A DNA stretch of 64,000 nucleotides from Clostridia bacterium (GCA_045588915.1 JAZNFA010000002.1:12878-76877), one strand, 5' to 3'; shown: positions 42,555 through 52,573, counted from the stretch's first letter. Translations and numbers: made by a program. Notes: a model not told the origin generated them from the sequence alone.

Positions 42555-44729
42555 ATGGAAATTCAGGGCACGGTGTCGGCAATTGTTTTTGCAAACGAAG
42601 AAACGGGGTATCACGTCTTGCGTTTAGATAATAATTTAACTGCTGTTGGTGTTGCGCCGATGGTGTCTGTTGGAACGGAATATAAATTTATTGGCGAATT
42701 CGTAAATAATGCAAAACACGGCAAGCAATTTGCTTTTAATGAAATGATTTTAATGCCACCAGATAGTGAAGAAAAGATTCTCGCTTTCTTGGGTGGTGGT
42801 TTATTGCCTGGTGTTGGACCTGCGACAGCACGAAAAATTGTAAAAAAATTTGGCTTAGATACAATAGCTGTGATTGAGACACGTCCTGATGATTTGACGC
42901 AGATTAAAGGTATTTCGCCACAACGTGCACAAAAAATTGCGACCAGTTATATGGCTGTACGCGAAATGCAGTCGGTGATGATGTGGTTGTATCGTTTTGA
43001 AATAAGTTTGAATTTGTCTTTGAAAATTTACCAGCAATACGGTAAAGATACGATTGCGACGGTTACAAAAAATCCGTATCTCTTAATTGAGACGATTGAT
43101 GGAATTGGCTTTTTGACCGCCGACAATATGGCTAAAAAATTGGGTGTGAGTTATAATGGCACGTTTCGTGTCCGTGCTGGGGTAGTTCATACTTTAAAGG
43201 TGAGTGCTGAAGCGGACGGCCATACTTATGTAACATTACCGGATTTGATAAGTAAGGTTTGTCATTTGCTCAGAATTAAAATGGAGCAGTTGACCCCGAC
43301 CTTTAATACAATTATTAACGAATTATGTATTGACCGTATTGTTGTTGCTGGGGACGTTGACGGTGTTCAAGGGTTACAGTTGATTCGATTCTTTAATGCA
43401 GAGAAGGCAATTGCTCAAAAGTTGCTTTTGCTAATGCAAGAACCTAAACAACTTCCAAATGTTGATGCTTTGATTGAACATTACGAAAAAATACAAGGAA
43501 TTACCTTTCACGATGCACAAAAAATTGCCATTAAACAAGCCGTATCTGGTGGTGTTACTGTGATAACAGGTGGACCGGGAACGGGAAAAACGACAATTAT
43601 TAAAGCAATTTTGTATATAAATCAAGCAAACGAAATAAGCACTCAAATGTTGGCACCTACGGGGCGTGCCGCTAAACGAATTGAAGAAACAACTGGTCAG
43701 GCTGCAATGACGATTCATCGTTGCTTGGAAAAACTTTCGCATGATGTACACAACGGTTTTATAACTCAAGATATGATTATCGTTGATGAAGTTTCTATGT
43801 GTGATTGTTTGTTGACGGCGTCTTTGTTGAAGAAGGTCTTGGCAGGGACAAAACTTGTTTTTATCGGGGATAGTGATCAATTGCCGTCGGTTGGAGCGGG
43901 GAATGTCTTGGCAGATATTATAGAATCTGGCGTTGTGCCTACGATTAAACTAACTCAGATTTATCGAACGGGTGATAAGGCAACAATTGCGATAAATGCG
44001 CATCGTATAAATCACGGCGAGATGCCTTTTTTGGATAATAAAAGCTCTGATTTCTTTTATAGTTGTGCTGAAACGCCGGAATTGATTAAAAACAATATAT
44101 TGGGGTTATGTTCATCACGAATACCACAATATCTAGATGTAGATAGTAGTAAAGTGCAGGTTTTAGCACCAATGAAATTAGGTGTTGCTGGCGTAATCAA
44201 TTTGAATAAATGCTTACAAGAAATACTTAATCCACCGGCAGAAAATAAGGCTGAATTGTTGTATGGTGAAACTATTTTTCGTGTTGGTGATCGTGTTATG
44301 CATACTGTGAATAACTATAAACAAGAATGGATCAGAAACAGCGAAGAAGGTAAAGGGATTTTTAACGGTGATATTGGTAAAATTGTTGAAATAAATAAGT
44401 TTAGTAAGGAAATTACTGTGGAGCTTGAAGATGGTCGCGTGACAATTTATCCTGCTTCGGAATTTTCAGCGCTAACTTTATCTTATGCAATTACTGTACA
44501 TAAGAGTCAGGGGTGTGAATTTGATGCAGTAATCATTCCTGTGGTGGCTGGTGCATATATGATTATGACACGAAATCTTTTATATACTGCCGTAACACGT
44601 GCAAAGCGATTAGTAATGTTGGTTGGGAAACAAGAAAACGTACAAAAAATGGTTAATAATACTTTTACTAAGAAGCGTAATTCTTGCTTGAATAAATATT
44701 TACAATATTTTAAAGATATGCCATACTAA
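42555..44729 (+). CDS. recD2: RecD2-type SF1B DNA helicase (RecD/TraA family)
   Basis: 724 aa. Walker A VITGGPGTGKTT. DEVSM-type motif II (IIVDEVSMCD). C-terminal LSYAITVHKSQGCEF and TAVTRAK motifs. N-terminal HhH-like region. Confidence 0.85.
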   Translation: MEIQGTVSAIVFANEETGYHVLRLDNNLTAVGVAPMVSVGTEYKFIGEFVNNAKHGKQFAFNEMILMPPDSEEKILAFLGGGLLPGVGPATARKIVKKFGLDTIAVIETRPDDLTQIKGISPQRAQKIATSYMAVREMQSVMMWLYRFEISLNLSLKIYQQYGKDTIATVTKNPYLLIETIDGIGFLTADNMAKKLGVSYNGTFRVRAGVVHTLKVSAEADGHTYVTLPDLISKVCHLLRIKMEQLTPTFNTIINELCIDRIVVAGDVDGVQGLQLIRFFNAEKAIAQKLLLLMQEPKQLPNVDALIEHYEKIQGITFHDAQKIAIKQAVSGGVTVITGGPGTGKTTIIKAILYINQANEISTQMLAPTGRAAKRIEETTGQAAMTIHRCLEKLSHDVHNGFITQDMIIVDEVSMCDCLLTASLLKKVLAGTKLVFIGDSDQLPSVGAGNVLADIIESGVVPTIKLTQIYRTGDKATIAINAHRINHGEMPFLDNKSSDFFYSCAETPELIKNNILGLCSSRIPQYLDVDSSKVQVLAPMKLGVAGVINLNKCLQEILNPPAENKAELLYGETIFRVGDRVMHTVNNYKQEWIRNSEEGKGIFNGDIGKIVEINKFSKEITVELEDGRVTIYPASEFSALTLSYAITVHKSQGCEFDAVIIPVVAGAYMIMTRNLLYTAVTRAKRLVMLVGKQENVQKMVNNTFTKKRNSCLNKYLQYFKDMPY

Positions 44730-44736
44730 AATTTAT

Positions 44737-45741
44737 ATGGACGACATAGAAAAAGAGTTAGAGCAAATTCAAACTGAGGCTGATTTGGCTGTTTTCCACA
44801 AAAATTATCTTTCAAAAGCTGGAAAATTGACACAAATGATGGCAAGTTTGAAAGATTTATCGCCGGAAGAACGCGCAGAAGCAGGGAAACGTTATAATGA
44901 ACTGAAGCGTACGATTGAGATAAAGTTTTTCCAAAAACAAGCTGCTTTGCGAGCTGCTGCTGTAAATGAAAAGTTGAAAAATGACCCGTTAATTGATATT
45001 ACCGTACCTGCGATGAATCAATTACAGGGAAGTTTGCATCCGATTACTTATTTAACTCGTCGTATCTCTGAAATTTGCAGATCAATGGGTTTTTTAGTTG
45101 TTGATGGGAATGAAGTTGTTACCGAATTTGAAAATTTTGATGCTGTAAATATTCCATCTGACCATCCTGCACGTGATATGCAAGATACTTTTTGGCTGAC
45201 GAATGGTAAATTATTAAAGACACAGACTTCGGCAATGCAGAATGAAATTTTGAAAAAATATGGTCCTGTTGTGTCGGCAATTTTTCCAGGGCGTTGTTAT
45301 CGTAACGAAGCAACTGATGCTAGTCATGAATTTTCTTTCTTTCAATGTGAAGGTATGATGGTCGGTGAAAATGTATCAATTGCTAACTTGATTTATGTAA
45401 TGAAGACAATTTTGTCTGAAATTTATGGCCGTGAAATTGAAGTACGATTACGTCCAGGATATTTCCCTTTTGTTGAGCCAGGTTTTGAATTAGATGCAAG
45501 TTGTCCTTTTTGTGGGGGCAAAGGATGTAGTGTTTGTAAACAATCTGGTTGGATCGAATTTTGTGGTTGTGGAATGATACATGCTAACGTTTTGCAAAAA
45601 GCAGGGGTAGACCCTCAAAAATATCAAGGTTTTGCGTTTGGTTTTGGATTGACTCGTATGGCAATGACGCAATATGCAGTAAATGACGTTCGCTTGTTTA
45701 ATTCAGGAAATTTAGAATTTTTAAGAGGGTTAAAACGATGA
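44737..45741 (+). CDS. pheS: Phenylalanine--tRNA ligase alpha subunit
   Basis: 334 aa. Class II motifs (HPARDMQDTFW, FPGRCYRNE, GFAFGFGLTRMAM). Confidence 0.95.
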   Translation: MDDIEKELEQIQTEADLAVFHKNYLSKAGKLTQMMASLKDLSPEERAEAGKRYNELKRTIEIKFFQKQAALRAAAVNEKLKNDPLIDITVPAMNQLQGSLHPITYLTRRISEICRSMGFLVVDGNEVVTEFENFDAVNIPSDHPARDMQDTFWLTNGKLLKTQTSAMQNEILKKYGPVVSAIFPGRCYRNEATDASHEFSFFQCEGMMVGENVSIANLIYVMKTILSEIYGREIEVRLRPGYFPFVEPGFELDASCPFCGGKGCSVCKQSGWIEFCGCGMIHANVLQKAGVDPQKYQGFAFGFGLTRMAMTQYAVNDVRLFNSGNLEFLRGLKR

Positions 45742-48044
45742 AAATTTCAGTAGATTGGTTAAAGGAATACGTTGATTTGCAAGGAATAACTGCACAAGAA
45801 ATTGCAGACAAGTTAACACAAATTACTTGCGAAGTTGAGGAAGTTGTTAAAGTTGGTTATGGGCTGGATACAGTTGTTGTTGGTAAAATTTTAACTTGTG
45901 ATGCTCACCCACAAAGTGACCATTTGCATTTATTAACTGTTGATATTGGTAAAAAAGAACCTTTAAATATTGTTTGTGGTGCTCCTAATGCTAGGGCAGG
46001 TATTGTGGTTGCTGTTGCGACTGTTGGAACTGTTATGCCGGATGGAATGGAAATCGTACCTGCAAAAATTCGTAGTTGCGAAAGTTTCGGTATGTGTTGT
46101 TCTTATGCTGAACTTGGCTATAAGGCTGATAATGAAGGAATTATTGAGTTGTCTAGTGATACTAAATTAGGTGTATCGATTACTCAAGTTTTACCCGGTT
46201 TGCAAGATGAAATTATTGATATTGATAACAAGAGTATTACGAATCGTCCGGATTTATGGGGACATTATGGTATCGCTCGCGAATTATCGGTAATTTTTGA
46301 TCGTCCTTTAAAGAAGATAGATACGGCTATTGTTCATAAATATGATGATTTAGAACCTTTAAAAATTAAAATCGAAAATGATCATTGTTTATCTTATGGA
46401 GCAATTAAGATTGCTAATCTTGGTGGGGTAATTTCGCCAGATGTTATTCAAAATCGTTTGTATAAATTAGGTCATAATAGTCACGGCTTTTTGGTTGATT
46501 TGACTAATTATGTAATGTTTGCTTACGGAAATCCATTACATGCTTTTGATGCTGGAAAGGTTAATGATATTTCTATTGGTAATGTTAAGGCCGGTACTGA
46601 GTTTGAAACTTTAAAAGACAACAAAATTACAGCGAATGACGATATGTTGTTTATTAAGAGCAATGGAAAACCGATTGCTTTAGCCGGGGTAATGGGTGGC
46701 AAGAACAGTGAAATAACTGAAACGACTACTGAAACAGTCTTGGAAGTTGCAACTTTTGATGCTGCAAATATTCGTCATACTTCGGTTGCTGTTGGTATTC
46801 GTAGTGATGCAAGTATGCGTTACGAGAAGTCTTTGGACCCAGAATTGAATTGGTTGGCAGTGGCTGAATTTTTACGTTTAACCAACAAATTTGCGCCACA
46901 GGCCCAAATAAAGTCTTCATTTACACGTATGGTAAGTAAAAAGGGACAACAACCTGTGCGTGAAATTGTTGTAACTAAACAAAAGTTAAATAGTTATACT
47001 GGTGTTGATTTTAGTGGATTGGACGCAATGATAAGTCAAAAATTAACTGGCTTAGGTTTTCAACCAAAGATAGACGATGAAAAAATTGTGGTAACTGTAC
47101 CTTCGTGGCGTAGCTGGAAGGATGTAACAATGCCGGCTGATGTAATTGAAGAAATTATTCGAAATTATGGTTATCAAAATATTAAGCCTGTTGCTCCTGT
47201 TGTTAATGTTGTGCCTGTTCCTTTTGCGCCGATTTCTAAGATTAAAGATACGTTAAAAGATATGTTGGCGTGGAAATATGCTTTCAGTGAAGTCCATACG
47301 AATATTTGGTATGATACAAAAACATTAAAACATTTGAAATTGGAAGTTCCGTCATATGCAACAGTACAAAATCCATTTAACAAAGATGATAATCGTATTC
47401 GTAGTATGATGTTGCCGAGTATGTTAACTGTTGCTTCAAACAATAAGATGCAATCAAATGTTCGTGTATTTGAAATCGGTCGAGTAATTAACGAAGATGG
47501 TAGTGAGACTGAAAATTTGGCTGGTGTAGCAGTGGGTATGGGTTATAAAGCTTTGAGTGAAATGATTACATCGATATTTACTCATATTGGTATGCCTGTT
47601 TCGTTCCGTTTAGAGCAGTCTGCTTTGGGTGTGTGGCATCCAAAAAACAATGCACAAATTCTTCAAGGTGATAAAGTTGTGGGGACGATTGGAATTATTC
47701 ATCCACAAGTAATGGCTGATGCTGTTGGTTTTGAATTGAATTTGTCTGCTTTTAATTTTGAGTCAATTGCTCAAGAAGTAGCTCCTATTTTATCAAAATT
47801 CCCAAAAACTGAATTAGATTTCACATTTATTTGGAATGGGGTATTTGCTGATTTAGATGCGATTTGGCGTAAGTATCATAATCCATTAGTGACTAAGTAT
47901 TGTTTGTCGGGAGTGTATGAAAATAAATTTACTTTAACGTTTACATTGTCAAGTATGGAAAAAACGCTGGATAAGGCCGAAATTAACAAAATTCATCAAG
48001 AAATTCTTGACTTTGCAACGCAAAATAGTGTACATCTAGGATAG
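45738..48044 (+). CDS. pheT: Phenylalanine--tRNA ligase beta subunit
   Basis: 768 aa. MKISVDWLKEYV N-terminus, tRNA-binding domain, B3/4 and B5 regions. ATGA overlap with pheS. Confidence 0.95.
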   Translation: MKISVDWLKEYVDLQGITAQEIADKLTQITCEVEEVVKVGYGLDTVVVGKILTCDAHPQSDHLHLLTVDIGKKEPLNIVCGAPNARAGIVVAVATVGTVMPDGMEIVPAKIRSCESFGMCCSYAELGYKADNEGIIELSSDTKLGVSITQVLPGLQDEIIDIDNKSITNRPDLWGHYGIARELSVIFDRPLKKIDTAIVHKYDDLEPLKIKIENDHCLSYGAIKIANLGGVISPDVIQNRLYKLGHNSHGFLVDLTNYVMFAYGNPLHAFDAGKVNDISIGNVKAGTEFETLKDNKITANDDMLFIKSNGKPIALAGVMGGKNSEITETTTETVLEVATFDAANIRHTSVAVGIRSDASMRYEKSLDPELNWLAVAEFLRLTNKFAPQAQIKSSFTRMVSKKGQQPVREIVVTKQKLNSYTGVDFSGLDAMISQKLTGLGFQPKIDDEKIVVTVPSWRSWKDVTMPADVIEEIIRNYGYQNIKPVAPVVNVVPVPFAPISKIKDTLKDMLAWKYAFSEVHTNIWYDTKTLKHLKLEVPSYATVQNPFNKDDNRIRSMMLPSMLTVASNNKMQSNVRVFEIGRVINEDGSETENLAGVAVGMGYKALSEMITSIFTHIGMPVSFRLEQSALGVWHPKNNAQILQGDKVVGTIGIIHPQVMADAVGFELNLSAFNFESIAQEVAPILSKFPKTELDFTFIWNGVFADLDAIWRKYHNPLVTKYCLSGVYENKFTLTFTLSSMEKTLDKAEINKIHQEILDFATQNSVHLG

Positions 48045-49087
48045 TGAACGAGAATATATTTTACATTGACGCTAAGACGAAAATTGTTGATTTTTTAACA
48101 ACAGAATTTTCGGGCACTTTCCCTTTAAAGTTACAGAATCGCTTCTTGAATTTCTTCCCACAAATTGCGAATTATGAAGAAGAAGGTCATAAATTTAAAC
48201 CATCGATTTTTTTTACAAATAATATTGACTCTGTGGTAAGGTGTATTCCTAACGCGTCAAAGATTGTTTTATTTAATGATGATAACGAAAATATGTTTGC
48301 TTCTCGTTTGAAAAGTTTGATTCCTTTTTGCAATTTGAACTGGTGTATTTATATTTCGATTTCTGATGAAAATATTGAGTATGGAATTTTCCGTATTATC
48401 AATAGTATTAAAGATGAAAATTTGGAAACGGTTTTGTTTAAATCCGAAGCTTTGCAAGAGAAGAGTAATAAATTGTTTGGAATTTTAGTTTACGCAGAGA
48501 ATACCTGGACGATAACAATGCGTAGTTTGAAAGGGCGAGTGGTTAATGTTAACTTTGCCTTAGATATTCGTGTTGTTAATAACTGGGAAGATGAAATTAA
48601 AGAATTTGTTGATGCTAGTTTTTCTAAGTTGCGTACCAGTGCAAAAAAGTTGCAAGAAATTAAAAATATGTACCGTAACATCTTCCGTAATGTATCACGT
48701 TCTGTTGAAGGAACAATTTGCGTCGTGGTGGACTCTGATTATGAACCAGATGCATTTTTTGAAGACGGTATTTGGTTGGAAGAGCCAATTAACTTTTCCA
48801 AATTATTTGCGCAAACCAATCAATATAATGAACAAAAATTAGCAACAATGTCTAATGTTTTTGTTGCGATGTTGAATTTTGATGGTATTACTGTTGTTGA
48901 TAATAAAGGTCAGATTAGGGCATACAATGTTTTTATTGAAACAAATATGAAAGTGGCTGGTAATATTATCGGTGGTGCACGTAAAAGAGCGGCGTATACG
49001 ATTATCAATAGTAAACGTCCCAACATAATCGGTGTTTATTTCCAAAGTCACGAAGGTGAAATGTTCTATTCGCCAGTTAAAAAATAA
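48044..49087 (+). CDS. Divergent DisA_N (diadenylate-cyclase, DAC)-like domain protein with unknown N-terminal domain
   Basis: 347 aa. GTG start overlaps the pheT stop (TAGTG). The C-terminal 130 aa align by eye to the DAC fold: EGTICVVVDSDY, LNFDGITVVDNKGQIRAYNVFI, GGARKRAAYTIINS, IIGVYFQSHEGEMFY. The catalytic DGA/RHR motifs are replaced by DGI/RKR. Confidence 0.55.
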   Translation: MNENIFYIDAKTKIVDFLTTEFSGTFPLKLQNRFLNFFPQIANYEEEGHKFKPSIFFTNNIDSVVRCIPNASKIVLFNDDNENMFASRLKSLIPFCNLNWCIYISISDENIEYGIFRIINSIKDENLETVLFKSEALQEKSNKLFGILVYAENTWTITMRSLKGRVVNVNFALDIRVVNNWEDEIKEFVDASFSKLRTSAKKLQEIKNMYRNIFRNVSRSVEGTICVVVDSDYEPDAFFEDGIWLEEPINFSKLFAQTNQYNEQKLATMSNVFVAMLNFDGITVVDNKGQIRAYNVFIETNMKVAGNIIGGARKRAAYTIINSKRPNIIGVYFQSHEGEMFYSPVKK

Positions 49088-50643
49088 TCAATTATTTTTG
49101 TTAAAGTTGATGTTATTTGTGGTAATTGTTCTTCGGTAATGGGATGCGTGAGACTGTCATCGCCGAGTTCGATTGTAAGGGATGGAATTTTGTAGCGTAA
49201 CGCAAGGTAGTCGGTTAAACCACCGAATGAATTTATGGAAAGAATTGCTGGAAAGTTTGTTATTTTTGAAATTTTATTAGCAATTTGCGCGTCGGCAATA
49301 CGACTGTAATAGATTAAATTGCCTTTTGTGTGAAGGGCGATGCTTTGGTTTGGCTTGGTTTGTTTAATTAGGCGAAGCAGTGCACGTGTTTCGGGTTCAC
49401 TGTGTGGCTCGGGTCCGATATAATTAGCAGGTGCTGGTGTAAAAATATTGGATTTTCCATGTCCCCAACCGATATCGAAATTGACGTTAAGATCAACAGC
49501 ATGAATATTGGCTTTCCATAATTTGAAGTTGGTAGATTTGTGATTGATGCGATAAAGAAAGTTTTGACGATGTTTTGTAAATGATTCGTAACCTGTGGTT
49601 GCAAGTTTAACTCCGTCTGGATTACAGCAAGGTACAGCAATGATGCAATAATTATTGGGGATTGTGTTTGTTTGTTCTAACCATTTTGTTAATGCGATGG
49701 ATGTAATCCATTCACGTGCGTGCATACTTGCTGTAATTAGTAGGCGTTGTGGTGCAGTAATATTGCCGATTTGATAAGCAATTATTGGCAGTTTTGCTAC
49801 GGAATATCCAATGATTTGTGTATTAAGTAAGTGTTTGATGTCTTGGTAGTTTGAAATCCCTTGTGGAAGCTTGTTTGTGCCGTAAAAATCTGTTCCAAAT
49901 AAGATTTTTGTTGAATTAAAATGCCTTTTAAAGTATGCAATATGGTTTATTACGTCATAAATACCACAATATGTAGTATTTTGCGTTAAAAACTTTGGTA
50001 CAAGTGCTAAACCAATGAAACCACCTGATTTAATAATAGTTTTAATTTGTTTATTGGTTAAATTGCGTGGATGATGACAAATTGCATCAAGTGCAGTATG
50101 TGTACAAATAATTGGACGTGTGGTAATTTTAAAAAATTGCCAAAAACTGCGTCGGTTAAGGTGAGCAGTGTCAATTTGAATGTCGGCGTTTTCTAATTGT
50201 TTAATAATTTTGTAACCTAGTGGTGTAATCCCTGTTTTGCTATGTGCGCCGCCTGCCAAGTTATTGGGATTGTTCCATGTTAAACTAACACTATATGGTT
50301 TTAAATAGATTAATCGTTGGATGTTTTTTTGAGTTAAAAACCAAACATCTTCAATGTGTAAACGACATATAGGGTATTGTGGGTCACCATTAATTTTATC
50401 AAGTAGTTTTCTTTTGCGTGCAATTACAGAGAATGGATTTTTGAGTTCGGTTGTCCAAACGGATAACCAAATTTCATTAACACCTTGTTTTTTTGCATTT
50501 TTTAGGTATGGTAGTAATTTTTTCGGTGGTAATGCTAAAAGAGCATCATTGTGTAAATCTATCACGGTTATATTTATGCAGTCGTTTGTTGCAATGTTTT
50601 TAGAAATTTGATACACTAAATAGTGGACTGTGAAGTCTAACAC
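49066..50643 (-). CDS. Fusion of M19 dipeptidase and M14 gamma-D-glutamyl-meso-DAP-type carboxypeptidase
   Basis: The track ORF runs to 50706, but codons 1-21 are antisense to the tmRNA 5' end, so I placed the start at GTG 50643. M19 motifs: VIDLHNDAL, SLTWNNPNN, IQIDTAHL, PIICTHTAL, GTDFYG. M14 motifs: SMHAREWIT, IALHTKGNLIYY. Confidence 0.7.
   Translation of the reverse strand: MLDFTVHYLVYQISKNIATNDCINITVIDLHNDALLALPPKKLLPYLKNAKKQGVNEIWLSVWTTELKNPFSVIARKRKLLDKINGDPQYPICRLHIEDVWFLTQKNIQRLIYLKPYSVSLTWNNPNNLAGGAHSKTGITPLGYKIIKQLENADIQIDTAHLNRRSFWQFFKITTRPIICTHTALDAICHHPRNLTNKQIKTIIKSGGFIGLALVPKFLTQNTTYCGIYDVINHIAYFKRHFNSTKILFGTDFYGTNKLPQGISNYQDIKHLLNTQIIGYSVAKLPIIAYQIGNITAPQRLLITASMHAREWITSIALTKWLEQTNTIPNNYCIIAVPCCNPDGVKLATTGYESFTKHRQNFLYRINHKSTNFKLWKANIHAVDLNVNFDIGWGHGKSNIFTPAPANYIGPEPHSEPETRALLRLIKQTKPNQSIALHTKGNLIYYSRIADAQIANKISKITNFPAILSINSFGGLTDYLALRYKIPSLTIELGDDSLTHPITEEQLPQITSTLTKIIDYFLTGE
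50589..50617 (+). promoter_or_regulatory. Putative ssrA promoter
   Basis: TTGCAA (50589-50594), 17 nt, TACACT (50612-50617), about 28 nt upstream of the mature tmRNA 5' end. Confidence 0.4.
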
Positions 50644-50645
50644 GT

Positions 50646-51013
50646 GGGGGCGATTGGCTTCGACGGGTGGCGGACGGTTCGTTAAGCATACCGGTGGGGT
50701 AACCATACGTTAATTGGTTGCAAAAAATTAAATGCAGATAAAAATGCAAACACCTTTGCTTTAGCTGCTTAAGTGCAACTAAGTGCATCGGCCGACGACA
50801 CGTTTTCACTCTTTCTAACGATCGTCTGCAAACAAAGAGTCAACGGTTTATCATAACCACGGCATGACGGTGATGGTAAACGGCTGCAAAAGTCGGCTTT
50901 GAACGTCGCAACCTGTCGTTAGGTTAGCGTTCAATTTTAAATAACGACTGTGTATGGAGAAGTACGAACAAGATTCCATTCGGACCCGGGTTCAATCCCC
51001 GGCGTCTCCACCA
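50646..51013 (+). ncRNA. ssrA: tmRNA (SsrA), one-piece
   Basis: 5' GGGGGCGATTGGCTTCGACGGG pairs with 3' ...GGACCCGGGTTCAATCCCCGGCGTCTCCACCA. The acceptor stem is 7 bp with G.U at position 3, followed by a T-arm and CCA. Tag reading frame is 50734-50772: GCA GAT AAA AAT GCA AAC ACC TTT GCT TTA GCT GCT TAA, giving ADKNANTFALAA. Confidence 0.9.
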
Positions 51014-51061
51014 AAAAATATGCACGGCATTGTTAGTGCATTTTGAAACTAGCGGAATAAA

Positions 51062-51092
51062 AAGAACTCTACTGTTTAGTTGGGTTCTTTTT
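51062..51092 (+). terminator. Intrinsic terminator downstream of ssrA
   Basis: 8-bp stem (AAGAACTC / GGGTTCTT, one G.U), 12-nt loop, T-run. Confidence 0.5.
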
Positions 51093-51166
51093 ATTGTGGG
51101 GTAATATTGACTTTCAATAACTTTATATGTTATCATTACAGTCAAATCAAAAAGGAGAATCATAAA

Positions 51167-51637
51167 ATGTCAAACGAGAAAAAAGGTGAATTGATTACAT
51201 CGGTCAAATCTGGTAATGGATTAAAAATATTATCTGGTTTAGAAGCACGAGCCAAAATGGATAATTTCGGATTTGATAATTTGTATTACTTAGATATTGA
51301 TTATAAAGACCAGGCACAAGCTGATTATATGCAAGAAAAATATGGTAATAAATATAGTTATGGAAACAACGAGTATATGCAATATTGGGGTTGTGTTAAT
51401 GCAGAAACTGATAATCAAAAAACTGGAAGTTTTATAACCACTGATAAAATGTTATTTAAAAATCTTGTTTATCACTTCATTAATGACGAAAAAATGACTG
51501 TATCAGCGTGGACAAAAAAATTTACCAATAGTTATAATCCACAAGAAGATTGGAGCAACCTTCTTGGATGTCTTGTTAAGGATATGGCAGAAAGAAGAAA
51601 TAAAATAAACACGGAATGTGCTAGTATAAACAAGTAA
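51167..51637 (+). CDS. Hypothetical protein (156 aa)
   Basis: ATG 51167 is preceded by AAGGAG. The track ORF 51080 has a spurious N-terminal extension. No recognisable motif. Confidence 0.6.
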   Translation: MSNEKKGELITSVKSGNGLKILSGLEARAKMDNFGFDNLYYLDIDYKDQAQADYMQEKYGNKYSYGNNEYMQYWGCVNAETDNQKTGSFITTDKMLFKNLVYHFINDEKMTVSAWTKKFTNSYNPQEDWSNLLGCLVKDMAERRNKINTECASINK

Positions 51638-51645
51638 TTATATAA

Positions 51646-51677
51646 TAAAAATGACCCGCAGTAATGGGTCATTTTTA
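51646..51677. terminator. Bidirectional terminator between convergent genes
   Basis: AAAA-ATGACCC-gcagtaat-GGGTCAT-TTTT. Confidence 0.7.
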
Positions 51678-51683
51678 TTTGAA

Positions 51684-52460
51684 TTAGTTGTTAATCGCAT
51701 TGACCAAATCGCTATGGATTTTTCCGTTCGTTACTAACATGGTATCGATATTTTCGCGTGGATTGCCTGCTAGATTGGTAACTTTGCCGCCGGCTTCTTG
51801 CACCAACAGTTTGCCTGCCGCCGAACTTAAACCCACACTGGGTTTTACATTCAAAACACCGTCTGTTTTACCCGCAGCACACCAAGCCAATTCAATTGCT
51901 GAAGAAACAATTAAGCGTAAACCACGCACTTTGGGTGCCAGTTTACCTTCAATATTTAATACGTCTTGAATGTGTTTTTCGCTATAATGTGAAGTTAAAC
52001 AAAATGACACAATACTGTCCTTTAATTGGGTAGTGCTAGAAACATGAATTGGTTTTCCATTGCAAAACGCGCCTTGTCTTTTGATACATGTGTAAACATC
52101 GTTTTGACTGTAATCATAAATCACACCTAAAATTGCTTCACCATTTTTACGCAAAGCAACAGTAGTTGAAAACAATGGAATGCCAGCGGCAAAGTTAATC
52201 GTGCCATCAATTGGGTCAATTAACCATTCGTATTCACTGTCATTTTTAATTTGTCCACATTCTTCGGCTAAAATCGAATGGGTTGGAAACCATTGTTTAA
52301 TAGCATCAACAATTTTCTTTTCCATAAAAACATCAACATCGGTAACTATGTCGTTCAATTCTTTGTTCTGGATATTTTTGTTTTTAATTGTTTGTGATTC
52401 TTTATAAGCATTTTTAATCAAATTAGCTAATTTTGTAGTGAGTTTGAAATCAATTTCCAT
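51684..52460 (-). CDS. Inositol monophosphatase family protein (SuhB/IMPase-like)
   Basis: Motifs ILAEECG, WLIDPIDGTINF and a C-terminal GG-K-TNL region. Start placed at the third ATG (52460, MEIDFKLTTKLA), which puts the metal-binding EE about 66 residues in, as in SuhB. The track start is 52493. Confidence 0.8.
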   Translation of the reverse strand: MEIDFKLTTKLANLIKNAYKESQTIKNKNIQNKELNDIVTDVDVFMEKKIVDAIKQWFPTHSILAEECGQIKNDSEYEWLIDPIDGTINFAAGIPLFSTTVALRKNGEAILGVIYDYSQNDVYTCIKRQGAFCNGKPIHVSSTTQLKDSIVSFCLTSHYSEKHIQDVLNIEGKLAPKVRGLRLIVSSAIELAWCAAGKTDGVLNVKPSVGLSSAAGKLLVQEAGGKVTNLAGNPRENIDTMLVTNGKIHSDLVNAINN

Positions 52461-52573
52461 ATTTAATGATATCATGAAATGATTATTAATCATAATAATT
52501 TTTAATTATGGCAGTTAAACGTGTGCTTGTCTATATACAAGTGGCGTCGCTTCGCTCTGCCATAGACAAGCAC

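Noticed and set aside
50600-51163. Track ORFs 50600..50809 (-) and 50924..51163 (-), and the first 21 codons of ORF 49066..50706
   Set aside because: They overlap the tmRNA gene. The sequence there is explained by the tmRNA acceptor, tag and T-arm structure.
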